This document shows positions 9,864 to 18,239 of a stretch of DNA of 64,000 bases, piece after piece. The DNA is from Candidatus Bathyarchaeota archaeon (GTDB taxonomy: Archaea; Thermoproteota; Bathyarchaeia; TCS64). The DNA lies in NCBI GenBank assembly GCA_026014815.1, contig JAOZHP010000140.1, forward strand, positions 17,437 to 81,436. Reading direction: 5' to 3'. Under the pieces are notes generated by a model that saw only the letters and a list, made by a program, of their open reading frames with translations, ran no database searches and was not told the origin of the DNA. Position numbers and translations under genes: made by a program. How positions within the stretch are numbered: the first letter of the stretch is position 1; every line of letters begins with the position of its first letter.

Positions 9864-10417
9864 CTCTCTTCTATCAGCTCGAATAATCTTTCCAACATCT
9901 TGAAAGTAAGGCCCCACACGACCTCGCCCTCAACACGATATATTGGTGTGTCCCAACCCTTGATAATAGCGTGAGTCTTGCTTTTTACGAAGTCCTTCAT
10001 CGGGACCCATACGTACCTTGTCAACTCGTAGTTCAGATGGATCTCAGAGTCCTCTGTGTAATGGAACACGATGGGCTGAACGGCTAAGTTGGTTCCTACA
10101 GAGGAATAAAACGTCTCCATATAACCCAAGATCTCTATGTCCTTGAGATCGATACCAGTCTCCTCAACGGTCTCCCTCACTGCTGTGTCAAACAGGTTAC
10201 TATCCTCAGGACCTTTCTTACCGCCAGGAAAAGCCATATCACCACTCCATGGATCACCAGCTACCTCCGCTCGTTTAACTAAGAATAACTCAACATCGTC
10301 TATGCTGCGCCGTAGAAGAACTGCTACCGCTGCCTGAGCATCGTTCTTCGGGCTCCTCTGCAGTCTTTCTTGAAAGCCTGTGATCCTATCGTTGGGGTGC
10401 AAATGGCTTCGCTTCAA
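9860..10417 (-). CDS. NUDIX hydrolase, CoA-pyrophosphatase (NudL-like) type
   Basis: Nudix box GGKKGPEDSNLFDTAVRETVEETGI, plus an upstream LLRRS...LFLVKRA NuCoA-like motif. Confidence 0.7.
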   Translation of the reverse strand: MKRSHLHPNDRITGFQERLQRSPKNDAQAAVAVLLRRSIDDVELFLVKRAEVAGDPWSGDMAFPGGKKGPEDSNLFDTAVRETVEETGIDLKDIEILGYMETFYSSVGTNLAVQPIVFHYTEDSEIHLNYELTRYVWVPMKDFVKSKTHAIIKGWDTPIYRVEGEVVWGLTFKMLERLFELIEES

Positions 10418-10536
10418 ATGTGGTGCACAGTTCGTCTAAAAGGTTATGATTGATGAGATTAGTTTTGTAGGTAAGTTTATTTGTTAACACAGCCTATTAC
10501 ATGAGATTTAACCTAGGCTAAAAGAGAGATACTGCG

Positions 10537-11370
10537 TTGTCGGAAGCACATGAAGTCAAGAATCCATGGGAACAGAAAGACCAACAGATGGAACAAATCA
10601 AGAACAGGATGAACAAAATCCAACATAAGATAGCGATCATCAGCGGCAAAGGAGGCGTAGGAAAAAGTCTCGTCACAGTTAACCTAGCGATGGGATTAGC
10701 GGATAATGGAAGAGTAGCCATACTAGATGCTGACCTAACGGGACCATGCGTACCTAAGATGTTAGGGTTGAAAGGTACCAAAATGAGGGCGGGGCCAACG
10801 GGCATCGCACCTGTTGTTGGTCCAAAGGGAGTCGAGGTGGTCTCAATGGATTTCCTCTTGCCTAACGATGAAGCTCCTGTCATCTGGAGAGGCCCACTCA
10901 AGATGGGAGCCATCCGCCAGTTTCTCGGAGAGGTAGCGTGGGGAGAACAAGAGTTTCTCTTAGTGGACTTACCACCCGGCACAGGAGATGAAAGTCTGAG
11001 CATACTGCAGCTACTACCTGAGATGGACGGCGTTATCATTGTTACAATACCCAGCGAGGTCAGCCAAGCCGTCGTCAAGAAGGCAATCACTTTCGCGAGA
11101 AAAATGAACGTACCTGTCTTCGGTATCGTCGAGAATATGAGCGGTATGATTTGTCCTCATTGCGGTGAAACAATTAACGTCTTCAGTGAGGGCGGCGGCG
11201 CTAAGGTCTCAGAGGAGATGAACGTTGAACTCCTTGGTAGCATACCCATGGACCCAAAAGTATCTGTGGATAGCGATGCGGGAGTCCCTTTCATACTAAA
11301 TAACCCCGACTCACCAGCATCAAAAGCCTTCAGGGAAATCATAGAAAAAATCGTGAAAAAAGTGAAATAA
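10537..11370 (+). CDS. Mrp/NBP35 (ApbC) family Fe-S cluster carrier ATPase
   Basis: Deviant Walker A motif IAIISGKGGVGKS and a CPHCGE CxxC motif. TTG start; an alternative start at the internal MEQIK is possible. Confidence 0.85.
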   Translation: MSEAHEVKNPWEQKDQQMEQIKNRMNKIQHKIAIISGKGGVGKSLVTVNLAMGLADNGRVAILDADLTGPCVPKMLGLKGTKMRAGPTGIAPVVGPKGVEVVSMDFLLPNDEAPVIWRGPLKMGAIRQFLGEVAWGEQEFLLVDLPPGTGDESLSILQLLPEMDGVIIVTIPSEVSQAVVKKAITFARKMNVPVFGIVENMSGMICPHCGETINVFSEGGGAKVSEEMNVELLGSIPMDPKVSVDSDAGVPFILNNPDSPASKAFREIIEKIVKKVK

Positions 11371-11371
11371 A

Positions 11372-11761
11372 ATGAAAATAGTAGTATCCTCAACAGGCAG
11401 TACAATGGATAGCGCAGTAGACCCCAGGTTCGGTCGATGCCCCACCTTTCTAATAATAGACACCGAGACCATGAGCCACGAAGCCGTCTCTAACACAAGC
11501 ATTGGATCAGCCCACGGCGCAGGCATAGGAGCAGCCCAGAGCGTAGCGAAGTTGAACGCGAAAGCAGTCATCACAGGCAACGTCGGGCCCAACGCCCACA
11601 TGGCGTTATCAAGTGCAGGCATTGAGATATACACAGGCGCCTCAGGCTCGGTCAGGAATGCCGTAGAGATGTTCAAGAATGGAAAGCTCTCCAAGGCAGG
11701 ACGCGCCACCGTGGGTGGCCACTTCGGCCAAAGCGGTAGAGGAAGGGGTAGAAGAACCTAA
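11372..11761 (+). CDS. NifX/NifB-like protein (dinitrogenase FeMo-cofactor biosynthesis domain, COG1433 type)
   Basis: MKIVVSS...RFGRCPTFLIID is typical of the family. C-terminal Gly/Arg-rich tail. Confidence 0.7.
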   Translation: MKIVVSSTGSTMDSAVDPRFGRCPTFLIIDTETMSHEAVSNTSIGSAHGAGIGAAQSVAKLNAKAVITGNVGPNAHMALSSAGIEIYTGASGSVRNAVEMFKNGKLSKAGRATVGGHFGQSGRGRGRRT

Positions 11762-11778
11762 GAAGATAGTAAAGAAAA

Positions 11779-12156
11779 GTGAAAAAAATGGTAAAAATTG
11801 TTATCCCCGTAGCTGACGAAAAAGGAGAAAGAGTCTCAGCCCACTTCGGCAGAGCCCCATATTATGGTTGGTATCAAGTCGACGGTGGAAAGATCGTTGA
11901 CAGAGGTGTCGCCCCGAACGACAGCAGCCACTTCGGCGGACAAGGTCTCCCACCGGAGAGAATGATGGCTCTCGGTGCAGAAGTTGTCATATCGGGCGGC
12001 ATGGGCATGAAAGCTATACAGATGTTCCAAAACAGCACGGTAGCCGTGCTCCAAGCCGTGAACGAGAGCACGGAGCAGAGCATCAAGGACTTTATTGACG
12101 GAAAGCTGAGGGAGCTGACCGAAGGCTGCCTCCACGCCGAGAAACACGGGCACTAG
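11779..12156 (+). CDS. NifX/NifB-like protein (second copy)
   Basis: MVKIVIPVADEKGERVSAHFGRAPYY motif. Confidence 0.7.
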   Translation: MKKMVKIVIPVADEKGERVSAHFGRAPYYGWYQVDGGKIVDRGVAPNDSSHFGGQGLPPERMMALGAEVVISGGMGMKAIQMFQNSTVAVLQAVNESTEQSIKDFIDGKLRELTEGCLHAEKHGH

Positions 12157-12166
12157 AAGGCTAGAC

Positions 12167-13000
12167 ATGAAGATAACTGTCGCGAGCGGGAAAGGCGGCA
12201 CAGGGAAGACTCTGGTAGCAGTAAACCTAGCCCTATCCGTAGAAGCTGACCAAGTGCTGGACTGTGACGTCGAGGAGCCCAACGTGTACATCTTTCTGCA
12301 GCCAGACAAGACAACCGTCAAGCCTGTTGAGCTACTGGTCCCAGTGATCGATGAGGCTAAGTGTACTTACTGCAGGAAATGCGCCGAGTTCTGTCAGTTC
12401 AACGCCCTCTTCGTAGTCGGAGAGACTGCTATGGTCTTTCCTGAACTCTGCCACAGCTGCGGAGGATGCAAACTCATATGCCCAGTAGACGCCATAACCG
12501 AGAAGCCGAGAAGCATCGGAGACATCTACCTCGGAGAAGCAGATGGAATCGAACTCGTATACGGTAAACTCAACATAGGTGAGGCCCTCGCCGTGCCAGT
12601 GATCTCAGCAGTTAAAGAGGAAGCCAAGGATGAAGGACTGGTCATACTCGACTCAGCGCCTGGATCGGCGTGCCCCGTGGTCGAGACAGTCAAGGACACC
12701 GACTTTTGCCTCATGGTGACGGAGCCCACGCCCTTCGGGCTACATGACCTTGAGATAGCCACCGAGGTTGTATCACAGCTAGGGATACCGCTTGGAGTAG
12801 TGGTGAACTTTGCCGGCATCGGGGACAGGGGAGTCTACGAGTTCTGTTCGGAGAAAAGCATACCGATCCTCATGGAGATACCCTACAACAGGAGGATAGC
12901 TGAGCTATACTCAGATGGCATACCCTTCTTGAAGGAGATGCCTGAGTGGAGATCAAAGTTCCAGAGCCTTCTAGAAAAGATTAAGGAGATGACGCGATGA
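12167..13000 (+). CDS. MinD/ParA-superfamily P-loop ATPase with an inserted 2x[4Fe-4S] ferredoxin domain
   Basis: GKGGTGKT Walker A motif, followed by CTYCRKCAEFC and CHSCGGCKLICP. Confidence 0.8.
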   Translation: MKITVASGKGGTGKTLVAVNLALSVEADQVLDCDVEEPNVYIFLQPDKTTVKPVELLVPVIDEAKCTYCRKCAEFCQFNALFVVGETAMVFPELCHSCGGCKLICPVDAITEKPRSIGDIYLGEADGIELVYGKLNIGEALAVPVISAVKEEAKDEGLVILDSAPGSACPVVETVKDTDFCLMVTEPTPFGLHDLEIATEVVSQLGIPLGVVVNFAGIGDRGVYEFCSEKSIPILMEIPYNRRIAELYSDGIPFLKEMPEWRSKFQSLLEKIKEMTR

Positions 13001-13860
13001 AGCGGATAACGATCCTCAGTGGAAAAGGAGGCACAGGAAAAACAACCATCACAGCGAGCTTCGCTGCACTCAGCAGCAACGCTGTCTTCGCTGACTGCGA
13101 TGTCGACGCCAGCAACCTCCACCTCCTGCTAGGACCTGAGGTCAAGGAGACCATTGAATTCAAGGGGCTCAACCAGGCGGTCATTGACCCAGAGAAATGT
13201 GTTCAATGCGGTAGATGCATGGAGCTATGCAGGTTCAACGCCATCACTGACTACACTGTCGACTCCATCCACTGCGAGGGTTGCAAGGTATGCGTGGTCA
13301 ACTGTCCAGTCGAGGCCATTGACTTCATAGAGCGAATCTGCGGCCACGCCTACATCAGCGAGACCCAGTACGGTCCAATGTGCCATGCAAGACTGACCCC
13401 GGGTATGGAGAACAGCGGGAAACTAGTCACCCTGGTAAGACAAAACGCGGCGAAGTTAGCCGAGGAGAAGAACAAGAGCCTAGTTCTGGTAGACGGTTCA
13501 CCGGGTATCGGGTGCCCAGTCATCGCCAGCATCGCTAACATCGACGCGTCAGTAGTGGTTGTCGAACCCACACTTTCAGGCATCCACGATCTGAAACGTG
13601 CACTGGAACTCCTGGATCACTTCAAGGTAACGCCACATATCATCGTAAACAAATACGATCTGAACACGGTCAACACCTCTGATATCGACAGATTCTGCAA
13701 GGAAAACAACGTGAATATGCTTGGGCATGTGCCCTTTGACCCGACTGTGACCGAGTCCATGGTCGACGCAGCACCCGTGGTTGTGCATAGCCCAAACTCA
13801 CCTGCAGCTAAGGCAATCAAAAAGATCTGGATAGAGTTCCAGAAACAGGTTTTGAAATGA
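12997..13860 (+). CDS. MinD/ParA-superfamily P-loop ATPase with an inserted ferredoxin domain (second copy)
   Basis: GKGGTGKT motif, followed by CVQCGRCMELC and CEGCKVCVVNCP. It overlaps the previous gene (ATGA). Confidence 0.8.
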   Translation: MKRITILSGKGGTGKTTITASFAALSSNAVFADCDVDASNLHLLLGPEVKETIEFKGLNQAVIDPEKCVQCGRCMELCRFNAITDYTVDSIHCEGCKVCVVNCPVEAIDFIERICGHAYISETQYGPMCHARLTPGMENSGKLVTLVRQNAAKLAEEKNKSLVLVDGSPGIGCPVIASIANIDASVVVVEPTLSGIHDLKRALELLDHFKVTPHIIVNKYDLNTVNTSDIDRFCKENNVNMLGHVPFDPTVTESMVDAAPVVVHSPNSPAAKAIKKIWIEFQKQVLK

Positions 13861-13861
13861 T

Positions 13862-14203
13862 TTATTTAATAAACCAGTCGTCTAACGCGTTTTTTACCTT
13901 CGTCCCTGACTTGGTTTGATGAACCTCAATACCTAGTACATCCAGTATAGTGGAGGCCCCTGGACCGACTTCGCCAGTAATGAGGGTAGTGACTCCATGA
14001 TTCTTGAGGTTTTGAACAGCCAATGGACCAGCTCCTTGTTTAATGCTCGCTGCCTGATTCTCAAAAACAGTTATCTCGCCAATTTTTCCTTCTTCATAAG
14101 TCACAATAGTGAACGTAGGGGCACGTGAAAATGTCGATGCTACCTTGTCGCTTAGCTTCCTGTATCCTTCAGTTGGGAAAGCAATTTTCATAATTTTCAC
14201 CAA
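13862..14203 (-). CDS. NifX/NifB-like protein (third copy)
   Basis: MKIAFPTEGYRKLSDKVASTFSRAPTFTIV motif. Confidence 0.7.
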   Translation of the reverse strand: MVKIMKIAFPTEGYRKLSDKVASTFSRAPTFTIVTYEEGKIGEITVFENQAASIKQGAGPLAVQNLKNHGVTTLITGEVGPGASTILDVLGIEVHQTKSGTKVKNALDDWFIK

Positions 14204-14212
14204 AAAAGGGAG

Positions 14213-14533
14213 TTAAGTTGTTTCCTGTTGGGAAGCCAACTCGTCGAGCCGTTTCTTTGTACCGGAAAGCTCCTGCTCCAGATACTTGATTTGATCTGCG
14301 AGGAACTTTCTCTCATCTTCATAACCAGGGGCAATAGGTGGAACTGATGCAGAAGCATAGTCGGGGTTTGTCCACCACCATCGGGGTAGCCATGGGAACC
14401 TTGCGCATTTTGATGGGTCAGCCCCCCAGAACCCTCTTCCCCTGCCTCCGTAGAGGTATCCTGGTCGCTGGTATGGGGGTAGGTCTCGGAAAGGCCCGTT
14501 TCCTGGGTATCGGTTTCTTCTTCCGTATCTCAT
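14213..14533 (-). CDS. DUF5320-like small protein: Gly/Arg/aromatic-rich N-terminus with a C-terminal coiled coil
   Basis: GRGRGFWG-type N-terminus and a coiled-coil C-terminus FLADQIKYLEQELSGTKKRLDEL. Proteins like this typically accompany NifX-like, MinD-ferredoxin and DUF134 genes. Confidence 0.5.
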   Translation of the reverse strand: MRYGRRNRYPGNGPFRDLPPYQRPGYLYGGRGRGFWGADPSKCARFPWLPRWWWTNPDYASASVPPIAPGYEDERKFLADQIKYLEQELSGTKKRLDELASQQETT

Positions 14534-14549
14534 TTTTTATTCTCCTTTA

Positions 14550-14617
14550 TGTGCATATGCACACATTCATATTTTGTGTTATTACACATAATTATTTAAA
14601 TATTGTGGTAATGCACA
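14550..14617. promoter_or_regulatory. Three inverted-repeat candidate operators (TGTG-N6-CACA / GTGT-N4-ACAC) in the divergent DUF5320 / DUF134 promoter
   Basis: TGTGCATATGCACA at 14550-14563 is a perfect 14-bp palindrome. GTGTTATTACAC lies at 14576-14587 and TGTGGTAATGCACA at 14604-14617. All were read directly from the sequence. Confidence 0.5.
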
Positions 14618-14626
14618 GAATAACAT

Positions 14627-14938
14627 ATGATGCGTGGAAGAAGACGCAGAGGCAGATACGGCAGGCACCCCGCTCCAGTCTACATAGACCACACAACAAC
14701 AAGTAAAGCCTTCAACCCTGAGCCCAAGTCCTATGGAGAGCCTGTACAACTGGAGCCAGCGGAAATCGAGGTTCTTAGGCTCGTGGACATCGAAGACATG
14801 AACCAGCAACAAGCGGGTGAAAAGATGGGAGTAAGTAGGGGAACCGTTTGGAGGCTCCTTCACTCGGGAAGAAAAAAAATTACGATGGCTCTAGTAGAGG
14901 GGCGTAGAATAGAAATAATTGAACACTCAGAAGAGTAG
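14627..14938 (+). CDS. DUF134 (UPF0251) family putative DNA-binding protein with a sigma-70 region 4-like HTH
   Basis: Arg-rich N-terminus, then LEPAEIEVLRLVDIEDMNQQQAGEKMGVSRGTVWRLLHSGRKKI, matching the DUF134 architecture. Confidence 0.7.
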   Translation: MMRGRRRRGRYGRHPAPVYIDHTTTSKAFNPEPKSYGEPVQLEPAEIEVLRLVDIEDMNQQQAGEKMGVSRGTVWRLLHSGRKKITMALVEGRRIEIIEHSEE

Positions 14939-14960
14939 TTACAAAGTCAGCATAATTATT

Positions 14961-15785
14961 ATGAGTGATTATCTAAGTATGAGTGAAGCCAAGAAAAACA
15001 CGACGATGCTCAGGTCACAGTTCCAAAGGGAAGCTGAGACCCATGGGTTACGCGGTATAATCGGAGTGGTAGCGTTCAGCGATGTGTATAACGGTCTCAT
15101 GGATGTCCAGAAGCTTACGCTTCAATCACTCGCGGGTGACCATTTTCAACCACTCCTCGAGAATGGCTGTATAGTCAGCTTTGCTTACGTGTACCCTGAC
15201 GGCGTTGTGGACAAGATAGGGCACAAGAAGGATGGTCTCATTGATAAGGAGTCTTGGAACGTATACGCCAGATGGTATACGTATCTGAACGAGGCTCTAG
15301 ACGCGACATCCAAGAATCTGGCTGAGACCATCGATGGCATCCCCATCACCGCCACCGCATCAGGTATAGCTTCTCTTGTCAGCCATGTTAGTGAATACTT
15401 CTCCATGGTTGTGAGCCACAGGGTCCACGCCGAGAAAGCGGGCATTGGATGGAGAGGAAAGAACAGCCTCATGATTAACCCAAGATACAGCTGCATGATA
15501 AGGCTCTCAGGCATAATCACCGAGACGCCCCTCATAATAACTAGGTCGTCATCGGAGGACTGCGGTGACTGCACAAGCTGTGAAGAGGCATGTACGTTCC
15601 TACAGTACAGGCAAAAACTGGAGGATTACAGGGAACAGTGCCGAATCTATTTAGACAACTTGGGGCTCGACGATGAGGTCTGCGGAAAATGCATCAAGGC
15701 CTGCGTTTACTCTCCGAGACTTGCTATTAAACCTGAGATGAGTAAGGTTCAACCACTCGACGATGTTTATTACACTCATCCATGA
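14961..15785 (+). CDS. QueG-like (epoxyqueuosine-reductase family) Fe-S protein
   Basis: SHRVHAEKAGIGWRGKNSLMINPRYSCMIRLSGIITETPL resembles the QueG core. It also has CGDCTSCEEAC and CGKCIKAC. The start is uncertain; the ORF track begins at 14919. Confidence 0.5.
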   Translation: MSDYLSMSEAKKNTTMLRSQFQREAETHGLRGIIGVVAFSDVYNGLMDVQKLTLQSLAGDHFQPLLENGCIVSFAYVYPDGVVDKIGHKKDGLIDKESWNVYARWYTYLNEALDATSKNLAETIDGIPITATASGIASLVSHVSEYFSMVVSHRVHAEKAGIGWRGKNSLMINPRYSCMIRLSGIITETPLIITRSSSEDCGDCTSCEEACTFLQYRQKLEDYREQCRIYLDNLGLDDEVCGKCIKACVYSPRLAIKPEMSKVQPLDDVYYTHP

Positions 15786-15832
15786 GGTCACCACGTTACT
15801 GTTAATTATCTGAGACACAAGTTATCGATATC

Positions 15833-16933
15833 TTGCCTATAATCAACGAGACTTATCCTGGACTTGAGGGTATCCCCTGGCTGAAGATAGGTGATTTTCC
15901 CTCAGACATCGAGAAGCTTGGGAACATGGGTCAGGCTCACGGGTTCTCGGAGCTATACATTAAACGCGATGACAGGTGCAGCAAGGTCTACGGGGGAAAC
16001 AAGGTAAGAAAACTAGAGTACATGCTAGCCGATGCCAAGGAGAAGGGAAAAAAGACACTCGTAACCCTAGGTGGCACCGGGAGCAACCAAGTCCTAGCCA
16101 CAGGCATCTTCGGGGCAGATCACGGTTTCAGGACCACAGGGATAATGCTACATCAACTCAACGCGGAATACGTCAGGAAGAACCTTCTAATGGACCATTA
16201 TTACGGCATAGAACTCATATTCGCCAAAAATACCTTTGCTGAAGTCTACACATTCATATCGAAGTACCTGAGAGCACAGCTTGGCGGTGGCAAACCCTAC
16301 TTTGTGACAGCAGGCGCCAGCAACGAGATAGGGAACATGGGTTTCGTGAACGCTGCATTCGAACTCAAACAGCAAGTGGATAAGGGAGAGATAACCGAGC
16401 CAGACTACATCATAGTAGCATGCGGGTCCATAGGGACCACAGCTGGCCTCAACCTTGGATGCAAACTAGCAGGATTGAAGACAAAAGTACTAGGAGTGCG
16501 CGTCGCTATGCCGTGGCTGGTAACCAAGTGGCGGATGGGCAGGATGATCAGGGATATCAACGTATACATGAAGAGGCATGATGCCTCTGTTCCACTTATG
16601 AAGGTTAAACCCGAGGACCTCTACCTGCTTGACGGATATCTAGGTGAGGAATACGCTTGCTTCACCGAGAAGGGCTGTGACGCTGTGGACGAGATGAAGA
16701 ATCTGGAAGGAATCCCGCTAGACCAAACATACACAGGCAAGGCCCTCGGAGGTGGACTTGACTGGCTTAAGAAGCAGAGTGAACAGGACAAGGTAGTCCT
16801 TTTCTGGAACACCTACAATTCGGTTGATCTGTCTGAGAAAGCAGCAAACGTTGATTACAGGGAACTGCCTAAGCAGTTCCATAGGTATTTTACAGAGCCG
16901 ACCCAAGAAGAGACCTTTAGAAAAGAGGGTTAG
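15833..16933 (+). CDS. PLP-dependent ACC deaminase / D-cysteine desulfhydrase family protein
   Basis: The IKRDD...GGNKVRKLEY hallmark motif is present. TTG start. Confidence 0.75.
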   Translation: MPIINETYPGLEGIPWLKIGDFPSDIEKLGNMGQAHGFSELYIKRDDRCSKVYGGNKVRKLEYMLADAKEKGKKTLVTLGGTGSNQVLATGIFGADHGFRTTGIMLHQLNAEYVRKNLLMDHYYGIELIFAKNTFAEVYTFISKYLRAQLGGGKPYFVTAGASNEIGNMGFVNAAFELKQQVDKGEITEPDYIIVACGSIGTTAGLNLGCKLAGLKTKVLGVRVAMPWLVTKWRMGRMIRDINVYMKRHDASVPLMKVKPEDLYLLDGYLGEEYACFTEKGCDAVDEMKNLEGIPLDQTYTGKALGGGLDWLKKQSEQDKVVLFWNTYNSVDLSEKAANVDYRELPKQFHRYFTEPTQEETFRKEG

Positions 16934-17727
16934 ACGTCTACTTCCTCGCCTGCTTGACCAGGTTTCCAGCCCTTTATATGTTCATAGGCAGCGTTGACGC
17001 CGTTCCGGAGGTACGCTGTGTCGCTGTTAACCGCGCAGAAAAGGAAGCCTCTATCGATGGCCTCGTTGATATTGGTAGGACCGGGCGTCGTGAAGCAGTG
17101 CATACCAGGAGCTACGCCATGATCCTGTCCGGCTTCTACTATCCTGTCCAGGGTCTTGAGGAACACGGGGTTGGTATACTGACGGTGTATCCCCATGTCC
17201 AGGCTCAGGTCGCTGGGACCCACGAAACAGGCGTCCACTCCCTCGACACTGAATATTTCGTCGATGTTCTCTACGCCTTTCGCGGTCTCGATCATGACCA
17301 CACAGAGAGTCTCATCGTTGGCTGTCCGGAAGTAGTCGGGGTCACGGAACGCAGCGAGCCTTGGGCCTGCTCCTCGTTCCCCCCACGGGGGATACTTCAT
17401 GAACCGGACCATGTCCTCGGCTTGCTCTTTAGTCTCGATCCTTGGTGAGACGATGCCTGTGGCTCCTGCGTCCATAACTTTTTTGATCCATATGAGGTCG
17501 TGCCAAGGTATCCTACACATGGGCATGCATCTGTCTCTGCCATAGAGCATACTCTGTACCATGAAGTGGTATGTCTCGGGGCCGTAGGCGCTGTGCTCCA
17601 TGTCGCATACCAGCCAGTCCCAACCCATGTCCGCTAGGTACATGGTTATATCGGGGTGACCCACCGTCACCCAGGTGCCCAACGCCGGCTTACCTGCCTT
17701 GAGCTTACGTTTAACAAGATTTCTCAT
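16930..17727 (-). CDS. HpcH/HpaI aldolase / citrate-lyase beta-like family protein
   Basis: TIM-barrel aldolase family pattern: LKAGKPALGTWV...CDMEHS...MIET. Confidence 0.7.
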   Translation of the reverse strand: MRNLVKRKLKAGKPALGTWVTVGHPDITMYLADMGWDWLVCDMEHSAYGPETYHFMVQSMLYGRDRCMPMCRIPWHDLIWIKKVMDAGATGIVSPRIETKEQAEDMVRFMKYPPWGERGAGPRLAAFRDPDYFRTANDETLCVVMIETAKGVENIDEIFSVEGVDACFVGPSDLSLDMGIHRQYTNPVFLKTLDRIVEAGQDHGVAPGMHCFTTPGPTNINEAIDRGFLFCAVNSDTAYLRNGVNAAYEHIKGWKPGQAGEEVDV

Positions 17728-17815
17728 GGAAGAGATTCGTTGCCTCGCTGATAAAACACTGTCGAGAAGGACAAGACTTGAATCACACTTCCATCACACA
17801 TGGGGTGTGAGATTC

Positions 17816-18229
17816 ATGGATGGCTGGCAACTCGCATTGATGGCTGCTGTCTGTTGGGCAGCAGAAGCATTATTGATTCGCAAGGCAGGAGACGGGATTG
17901 ACCCTCTCGTAGGAACCGCGTTGAGTTGTATAGCTGCTGGAGCCGTTTTCGCTGTGTATTTACTCGGCATCGGAAAACTGAATGTGGATGCACTCAACTC
18001 CTCAGCTGTCTACTACGTACTCGCAGGGATAGTGAGCTTCGCTGTGGGTCACTACTTCTACTACGCAGCCATAACAAAGACTGGGGTCAGTTTCAGCGTC
18101 AGTATCGCTGCCAGTTACCCGTTACTCGCTATCATTCTGTCATGGGTTCTGTTCAAGGAGCCCCTCACAATGAGAAGCGGGTTAGGGATGCTACTGATTG
18201 TTGCCGGTGGCATGATACTAGCGATATAA
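17816..18229 (+). CDS. Small EamA/DMT-family membrane transporter (single EamA domain)
   Basis: 4-TM pattern ending LLIVAGGMIL. A start at MDGWQLAL avoids overlap with the aldolase gene. Confidence 0.45.
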   Translation: MDGWQLALMAAVCWAAEALLIRKAGDGIDPLVGTALSCIAAGAVFAVYLLGIGKLNVDALNSSAVYYVLAGIVSFAVGHYFYYAAITKTGVSFSVSIAASYPLLAIILSWVLFKEPLTMRSGLGMLLIVAGGMILAI

Positions 18230-18239
18230 AAAAAGAAGG

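Noticed and set aside
15976-16242. Arg/Gly-rich 88-aa ORF in an alternative frame within the ACC-deaminase-family gene
   Set aside because: It is an alternate-frame artefact. The host frame has the diagnostic GGNKxRKLE motif.
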